Source: Amoebidium appalachense (taxonomy: Eukaryota; Protista; Ichthyosporea). From it: 64,000 nucleotides of DNA. Positions within the stretch are counted from its first letter, which is position 1. Every line of letters begins with the position of its first letter. The stretch covers positions 5,720,259 to 5,784,258 of the forward strand of contig CAVNZM010000002.1 in assembly GCA_963693365.1 (NCBI GenBank), written 5' to 3'. A program made the position numbers and the translations under genes. Below are positions 55,622 to 64,000 of the stretch, in pieces. The notes below the pieces were generated by a model that saw only the letters and a list, made by a program, of their open reading frames with translations, searched no databases and was not told where the DNA came from.

Positions 55622-56608
55622 GGGAGGGGAGGGGGGGAGAGGGGGGAGGGGAGGGGGAAGGGGGGGGGGGGGGGGGGGGGGAGACTGGCGGCTGCATGGC
55701 ACACACGAAAAAAAAAGCATATGAAAACTACCAATAAATGTTGAAGGATAAGATGCATTGGAGTGTGAAAATTTTGGGAAGGTACAACGCAAAAACACAA
55801 GATCTGCAAAACACCGCTACACAAGGTTTTCTTTCGACTTGCTTCGTCACAACGGTGCTGCGCTCCAATCACAAAAACTGGCTTGCCCAGGTCTTCAGGG
55901 TTTACTTCCTGCTCAAGCCTACTCACTCGTCCAACGCAAGACCCACACAGCCCCCCCCCCCCCTCCCCCCCTTTCCCGCCGTCGACACAACCACACCCAC
56001 ACGCAGCCACACACCTGCTGTGCCACGGTCCAGGGAATCAGATCACCCGAGGCCGATCTGCCCCGGGACAGACTAGCAACCACGGTTTCCTTTGAGATCT
56101 CACCCTCCAGACACACCTGCAGACACATAGGTCAGGAACAGGTGGGATTATCTCTGGAGCAGGGACCACCACTGACCAAACCATGGCAGCCAATGCTAAC
56201 AAGGAAACAACAAAAAAGTAAAACAGAAACCCCCCCCCCCCCCCCAAAAAAAAAAAATAAAAATAAAAATTCACACACACGCACACACAAAGGTGAAAAA
56301 CCAAACGAGACCTAATACCCCACCCAACACTCAAACAACATTGCATTAAAGCCTCCTCCGTCAAGCCCCCCCCCCCCCCCCCCCCCCCCCCCTCCCCACA
56401 CCTCACCACCTCTTCACCCCCCCCCCCCCCCCGAAAAAAACCCCCCCCCCCCCCCCCCCCCCTTCCCCAAACACACACACATGCACACGCACCTGCACGA
56501 CACACAGGATTTCGGGCAGGGTTGACTTTGACGGGTCGATGGGCCCAAGGAGGCAGAAGAGATGGTGCGCTGGGGCATCGGACAGCAGTTGGAGGTCGTT
56601 GGGCGAGT

Positions 56609-56652
<44 letters not shown>

Positions 56653-58213
56653 CGCAGACGTTTGAGCATTTTTTGGTGCGAGTTAACCAAGAAGTGTGTG
56701 TGTGTGTGTGTGTGTGCACACCGCGCACATGCGCATTCGCGTATTTAGATATGGGAGAATGGGTCAGAATTGTGTTGACATCATGTGATCCACACGTATT
56801 TTCAGCACGATAATTGGGACTTGAAAACCTATATCTGAGAGGTGCTTTCTCAACAAATCTGTGCCGCAGTGTCCAACGTGGGGAAACACACACATGTGGA
56901 AAGAGACGTCGAGGCAAAAGCGCTGCGTATGCCGGCCCTACACATTCGGTTGTCAAAGCCTCGTCTTGGCATGCCTCCCCGCCATCACCTCCCCCTCCCT
57001 GCCTTGGCCCCTTCCCACAATACACACACCACATTCACCTTCCCCCAATACACACACCACATTCACACACAACCACACCCACCCACCCACCCACCCACCC
57101 ACACCCACACACACTACACAACCACACGAAAGAACCAAAAGACAAAACACGAAAACAAAAACAGAAAACAAAAAACGGCCCACACCACCCACCTTGTAAT
57201 GGGAGGATACGTAGAGGGCCATGAGTCTCTGCAGAAACAATTCACTAGCCCGGTGGAACGAAAACAAGGTGTCTCTGTTGACGTAGTACAGCTCACACTT
57301 GCTGGGGTGTGGGCACCCACCCTTGGCACCGCTGCAAAATGTTACCATACATAGTGAGTGTGCGGCCATATATGGCAGATGTATGATCATAGACTCGCCA
57401 TAACAGTCATGCAACCATGGTATGATATGAACATAGAGATATAACAGGTATCTGGACAAGGGCATGTATACGCTGATATACCCCTATGATAAACTGGCGG
57501 CACATATGGTAGAATGCGGGGGGTTCGTCAATTTTAGCTGATTGCTCGATCGGGGACAATCGCACCTAGCAGTGAAATGTCAATGATAGCAAACGTTGTG
57601 ATATCTGACCAGCACATAATCTACAGGGGGAAGATTTAAAATCTCGTGTGGTCGTCCAGCATAAATGACGTAATGCGCATCACAGACCTGCATGTGCTTC
57701 ATTGCTGCCATATATGAAAACACCCATGTCACATTTCATTGGCCTCTAGTCTGTATATAGCGACAACATGTTCGACCACGTCACGCTCATCAAATAATTA
57801 TGATTGGCTACCGGGACCGCACACAACTACGTGACTCCTTTAAGGCTTTTCATCACATTTTCTCTGGCGGTGACGTTGATCTCGGTCTTTTTAGAAAAAA
57901 ACTTTAATCTGCACTATTTGGGCTATACACCACCCGATTTCGACCTCTTGAACCTTAATTTGGCCGGGCTTCAATTCTTCGCCTCAACTATATGCCCTAT
58001 GCCCGAGGAATATGCATCCGGAAGATTAGACGCGACAAATAAAGCTCAAAGACCACACGGATATACGGTAGATAGTCACATTGAAATTTCATACGCCACC
58101 CACCTTTCTGCCACCTGTGCATCCAGACACAGCAGATCATTGAGCCATCTTTCAATTGGGTCTCCGGGCGCGTATCTGATTGGCTCTTCAAGCGCAACCT
58201 CTCGCAATACTCG

Positions 58214-58254
<41 letters not shown>

Positions 58255-58515
58255 GGGGAGGGGGAGGGGGGGGGGGGGGGGGAGTGGGGGGAGGGAGGAG
58301 GGTGCAGTTGTGTTGAGAACACAATACCTAATCACGGTGGGATGGGTGGGCCTATCAAGTGCACACAAACAGCTGCGATTCGGGTGGTTTGAAAAAACAG
58401 GTAGGCATGGTAAAGCCCAAGACACAGGAGCAAGATACACATGTCTGGAGGGTGATGGGGGGGAGCCGTGCAACCTGAAATCTAAAAAAAACGGGGAAGG
58501 AAGAGGGGATGGTAT

Positions 58516-58546
<31 letters not shown>

Positions 58547-61500
58547 AAGGGATGTACCTCCTGCGCTTGAAACGACTGATTTTTCTGCATCGCCATTGGT
58601 CGATGCTGGTGTGGTGGTAGGAGCTGATTGGTTCCTCAGCTGCTTGATCAGCTTCAGGGACAGCGACCGGCCCGTGCCCTCATAACCGTTGATCGTGCTG
58701 GGAGGAGGGGAGGGGGGGGGGGGGGGGGGGGGGAAGGGGGGAGAAGGAAATTGAGTATCCTGATTGGGATAAGATGACAGCACACACACACACACACACC
58801 CATTGCGTCCATGCACATATACACACACCCACGTGTTCGAGCAGGACACTTCGAAAGATGCCGAGACAGAGTCAAGAAATCCTCTCCCCTCCCCTGGCTT
58901 GCTCACGGCCACATACACGAACCACACCACAGGTGCCTAAACAACCCCGCCCTCCCACCCCCCACCCCACCCTCCAAACACCCCCCCGGTCTAGTACAAG
59001 CCTCCGATGACCATAGGACCTAAAAAGGTGCATAACGGGCTGACGTGATTGGATACCTTGCCATGAAGACCAGATAATTGCCCAATAGCGCACGGACGAG
59101 GGGCAGGGGGATGGCTGCAGCCTCATCGATCACCACCAGTTCGGCCTGGCCTAGTTTGTGCGCATCCTGCGGCTGGATGTACTGTGTACGTTTGACGTGT
59201 GTGTGTATCCGTATGTATATGTGTGTATGCGTGTGTGTGCGTGCGTGCATGTGTGGTTGTGTCTGCACGGGTGTGTGTGTGTGTGTGTGTGCATGCATGT
59301 GTGCGCCCGATGTGTACAGCTTTGTGTACGCGTTTGTGCAAGGCTGGGTGCATGTGTCCACGCGTGTGTGGAAAGGCATGCAAGTGTATTGAAGGAAACA
59401 GTGTGTGTGTGTGTGTGTGTGTGTGTGGAAAATGACACCGAGTGTGTGTTCGCGTGGAAAAATTGAGAAGAAGCATAGTAACCAGTTAGCTCAACTTGAG
59501 TTTCTTCCGCTAGGCAGGCAATAAAAGCACAGCACAAATATCCCCGCTTTGTTCACACCCCCCCTCCCCCCCCCCCCCCCCTCTATTTCCCCCTCACCTC
59601 CTCCTTCTCCCTCCCCTGCCCGCCTGACCTACCACCTACCGACACATACACAAGCACGGTTACTGAAACACAAGAAAGATACATCTCTCAAAACGTCTAT
59701 CTCGTGCCAGACTCGAATAGCCTCAGCTATAGCTCAAAATGCAGCACATATGTATGTGGACATTCCAAGTTTCACACCTGGATAGTCTGCCGGTGCTGTC
59801 TGAATATGTTCACCCGCACAATGGCGTTGTTAAAGGCAGGGTTTGCCGACTGCACCAGGTCGTAGTCCAGATGCTCCTGATAACCCACCAATCATCAGTT
59901 TTCCTAAAAAATCAAACCAATCGGAAGTGTGTCAGTACGAATTGGCAGAAACATCCGATAACCCGGTTCCAGCTGACTATGCGTAAATGCAAACAGACCA
60001 CTTTAAAACTGGGAACACGCAAACGACATAGATTACGACATCAGTAACATACAACTGACACGTTTTTCACTGTTGCCATAGATGGCGCTTTATCACCAGT
60101 GTCCTTACCATCAGGCCCCCATAAGCTGTTAGGATCGCATCAAAGCAAATCTTTCCAGAAACTACGGTTAAAAATACCGAAGATAACAGAACAAGATCCC
60201 CATAATTACTCCCCCCCCCAACACACACACCACCACCAAAATCCACGCACTGTCTTTCCATGAGACCCATAATCCCGCAATTTATAGACACAGGCCCCCA
60301 TCCTCCCCCCCCACCCCCCCAAAAAACGGCCCAAGTATAATCCCCATACTTATCCCTCCCCTCCCCCCGCCCTCCCCCGGCCAAGGCATACACAGACACA
60401 TACACACAAGCACAAACAAGAATAGACTCCGACATACACAGGATCCCCCCCCCCCCCAAAAAAAAAACAAACAAAAAAAACAAAAAAAACAAAAAAACAA
60501 AAACAAAAAAAACAAGCTTGACTGCTAGGGGAGGGGGAGGGGGTAGAGAATAACAAGCGGGCTTGCCACCCATCTGAACTGTGTAACCCAACAGTAATGC
60601 ACACAATGATTATACACCTTAACAGCCAACACAGGTAAAAGGACAGTGCACACACACCTCGTATTCGAGAGCATCGAATCCCTTGAACACAAACTCAAAC
60701 GTAGTTTTCAAGTTTTCGGGTGACGGGGAGGTGATGAAGATGTTGCTATACCTGTAGGGTGGACCGAGCAATCAGCATTCCATACTTCAGTCAACCGACC
60801 CCTCCCCCCCCCCTCCCCCCCTCCCCTCCCTTCCCCCTTACCCTGGGATGCCCCTCCCATCGCCTGATCAATCTTTTCGGCAACAAACCATTCCCTTTTG
60901 TCTTCCCCCCCTCTCCCCCCTCCCCGCTCCCCCAGGGGAAAAACAAGCATTGCCACTACCACACACAAAAGGAAACATAAACTAACAGATGCACACAGAG
61001 ACCCACATAACACACACACACACACACACACACCCACCCACCCACCCACCCACACACCTTTTCTAAACTTTTAATGTTGGCGCTCACTCTTAACCAATCA
61101 CAGCCCCCTACCATGCCAACAAATGCCCGATTGAGCACGAAGATAATGGCAGTCGCCCCCCCCCCCCCCCCCCCCCCCTTCCCCCCACACACACACCAAC
61201 CTGTCATCATGCCAATACCCCCCCCCCCCCCCCCCCCCTCAACACACACATCACGCTTTTATTTAGATGATCAGCCCATACAATTTAAACAGAGCCTACA
61301 CCCATTGGAAAAAGCTTGGGTTGCGATAGTGCGCGCGCGCGCCTGCACACACACACACACACATGCGGGTGTGTGTGAATGTATGTCCATACGTTTGCGT
61401 GTGATTATAGGCGTGTGTGTTCATACGTGTGTGTGTGCATACGTGTGTGCATGCAAACCCACGTGTGCGTGTGTGTGAACCCATGTGTGTGCGTGCACGT

Positions 61501-61959
61501 ACCCGTATGCCACTGCGGCAGCAATAGCCAATCCGAGGGCAGCGGATTTTCCTCTGCCACGTGCAGCCGTCAGGGCAACAGTGCTGCGCAGGGTCTTGTC
61601 GCTAATGGCCTCAATGAACGTCAGCAGTGCCTTGGCCTGCACGTGTGTACGTGTACGTGTGGGTGTGAGTGTAGGTGTAGGTATATGTGTGCGTGTAAAT
61701 GCGTAGGTGTGTGTGTACGTGTGGACGTGTCGGTGTACGTGAACGTAAAATGTGTAGGTAGGTGTGGGTGTGGGTGTGGGTGCATGTGTGGGCTGATGTG
61801 TGTGGTGCCCGTTGCACAACAGGGTAAGTTGTTTATAACGTCATTGAATACTGGAGAACGACTTGTTCCACCTTGAAAAGCATGTCGGCACATTGCTAGA
61901 ATGCCAAAAGCGGGGCATGAGGTATTTGATATGCCTATGCTACATGCCTATGCTACATG

Positions 61960-61994
<35 letters not shown>

Positions 61995-62279
61995 ATGTGC
62001 GCGTGTGTGTGTATGTGTGTGTGTGAACCAAAATCTCGGCAGAGCAATGATCACTCATGTGCCAAGCACCCTGCTCGCCACTCGGACCCGACCACATCAG
62101 CAAAATATATCAGCACTCAAAACCAAGACACTACCCAAATGCCAACCACCTCGTCTCTCCCGTCCCTTTGAACAAAAGACGAAAGGGAGAGGAGGGAGAG
62201 AGGAGGGCAAAAAAAAAAAAAAAACCATGCAGGCAAAATCCCACGTGGACACACACATGCACCCACACCTACCCTCCCC

Positions 62280-62336
<57 letters not shown>

Positions 62337-63061
62337 ACACCCACACCCAAACACACACCTGATCAAGTGTTCGTGCTTGTGCAACAATGGTGCCCACGGG
62401 TTGTGTGTCTGCCAGACTGGCCTGTAGCTCCTTGAGTTCTCGTTTTTGCTCGTCTTCCTCATCCTGTCAGTTGACTAGGGTTAAAAAGGTGTTGACAAGC
62501 ATGTGCAATGTGTGTGTGTGTGTGTATGTGTGTATGACGCACACCTTATACACGCACGTGCACACACTCCCCCGCCCCCCCCGTGTATACGTGTGTACGT
62601 GCGCGCGCACACACGCGAGTGTGTGCCAGAATCACAGAGTGTGTGTGCGTGCGAGCATGTGAGTGTGTGGACCTGTGTGTGCATCTGTATGTGCATGCAA
62701 GGACACATGTAAGCCCGTGCATTCTCACCTCTGCCGCCGGCTGTGCAGGCTGTATGTGCAGGCTGTGTGTGGAGATTGGCAGCACGTTCAACTCATCATC
62801 CAGCACGAGGCAGTTTTTGCATCCGCCCAGAGAGAGCATAAAGCGTTCGTTGAACCGACCCACCACATCTTGGTGCGCCTCCGTGCGGAAGCGGGCATGC
62901 ACTTCCTGCGCGCGCGCACGCACATGTGCGTGTGTGTGGGGGGAGGGGGATATATACATTAGAGGGTTAGGAAAAATGGAGGAGGAGACACCAAAAGACA
63001 AAACTCAAACGTCAGAAAAATGAAAACCCCGAAATCAAACCGGAGAAGGGTGTGTGCTTGT

Positions 63062-63111
<50 letters not shown>

Positions 63112-63153
63112 CGGGGAGGGGGGGGGAGAAAGGGTGGTGGTGGTGGTGGTGGT

Positions 63154-63227
<74 letters not shown>

Positions 63228-64000
63228 TGTGTGTGTTTGGATAAATTAGATGGTTAGAAAAAAATGAAGAAGACACCAAAAGACAAAACTCGAACGCGAG
63301 AAAAATAAAAACCCCGAAATCAAACCGGGTAAGGGTGTGTGTTTGTGTGTGTGTGTGTGTGTGCGTGCATGTGGGGGAGGGCGTATACATGTGTGTTTGT
63401 GTGTCTGTGTAGCACACCGCGGAGGGCCTGATCACTGCTATACATGCGTCTTTGTGTGAGTGACAGAATATTGAAAGGGAGAGCAGGGTGCATGATTGCA
63501 TGTTAGCATGGGAGTAGAACATTTGGGTCGAAGCAATGCGTCACCTGACGTGATAATAATTCTCCATTGATCAACACATCACTTGTCCCAACATACTTCT
63601 CCAAACATCAACAACGTCCACCCCCTGCACCCCCCCCCCCCCCCCCCCCCCCCCCACCACCACCACACACTCCAATTATCCCCACTCTCCCATGTGGCAA
63701 AATCTTTTTTGTTTCGTGTGAACACTGCAAAAACAACTATTCCAATCACTCAATGACGGAGGACAGCAACACCCCCCCCCCCCCCCCTCAAGCCACAACA
63801 CCACACACGCGCGCGCACGCACACGCACACGCACACACCCACACACACATCCCCCCTCCCCCCCTCCCCACCACCACCACACACACACCCACACGCACAC
63901 AGGAACAAAAAAAAAAAAAAAAAGCAGGATAGAAACGAAAAAATAAACAAGCGCACAACACGGCATACCATAGTCATTGTGTATAGTTGCTTGAGTGACT
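50608..64000 (-). CDS. NAT10: RNA cytidine acetyltransferase NAT10/Kre33 (5' part lies right of the window)
   Basis: Exons 64000-63969 (SLKQLYTMTM), 62905-62729 (VHARFRTEAHQDVVGRFNERF), 62463-62359, 61636-61503 (TAARGRGKSAALG), 60751-60658, 59876-59778, 59181-59057 (VIDEAAAIPLP), 58697-58558 (STINGYEGTGRSLSLKL), 58215-58104, 57331-57193 (SSHYK), 56609-56493 (NSPNDLQLLSDAPAH), 56116-56015 (GDLIPW), 55415-55341 (GARVVRIATHP), 54699-54595 (MGYGSRA), 54024-53833, 53496-53394, 52614-52495, 52009-51789, 51437-51193 and 50794-50608. Confidence 0.97.
52658..52895. repeat. (GAGT)n tetranucleotide array with recurring gtagtcgagtgaccgagt interruptions, in a NAT10 intron
   Basis: Direct inspection. Confidence 0.9.
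55434..55583 (-). repeat. Interspersed repeat family A copy in a NAT10 intron
   Basis: The reverse complement reads gttcgaaactcgggcactgtggatg...tgaggatgggtcaactatgatgcatactcttatgtttgctttgcactc...gtactttgtactctttaatgcattctaaccc, matching 31020-31170. Confidence 0.75.
57367..57716. mobile_element. Possible small TIR element in a NAT10 intron
   Basis: 12-bp inverted repeat catatatggcag (57367-57378) / ctgccatatatg (57705-57716) around 350 bp of repeat-free DNA. Confidence 0.3.
62950..63340 (-). repeat. Two copies of interspersed repeat family B (~100 bp) in one NAT10 intron
   Basis: 62965-63050 and 63251-63335 share gacaccaaaagacaaaactc...aaaaccccgaaatcaaaccgg. Their reverse complement resembles 24995-25045, 25400-25490, 30530-30615 and 31745-31820. 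Confidence 0.65.

Overview
Eukaryotic, intron-rich DNA, most likely from a unicellular opisthokont/holozoan (inference from gene content and intron style). It is saturated with poly-G/poly-C runs and (CA)n, (CT)n and (GAGT)n microsatellites, so most ORFs in the supplied track are low-complexity artefacts. Assembling exons by hand gives five recognisable genes: ATG12 (-, runs off the left edge) head-to-head with CHMP5/VPS60 (+); a histidine phosphatase (Det1/PGM-like) with an unusual N-terminal HAL/Par3-type ubiquitin-like domain (+); RPL9 (+); and NAT10/KRE33 (-, runs off the right edge). A spliced but stop-interrupted orphan locus lies at 10.6-14.0 kb. The accessory block at 39.7-48.1 kb holds several inverted-repeat structures, a MITE, an uninterrupted 628-codon non-LTR-type reverse transcriptase bracketed by ~50-bp inverted repeats, an abutting ~340-nt foldback, and a decayed three-finger C2H2 gene. 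That RT/foldback/zinc-finger block is the best candidate for an undescribed element. Other oddities are a CG 3' splice site in NAT10, a 38-bp perfect palindrome with a 9-bp TSD, and a sense-oriented intronic repeat family that ends in poly-C. All coordinates were derived by eye and no database search was run.
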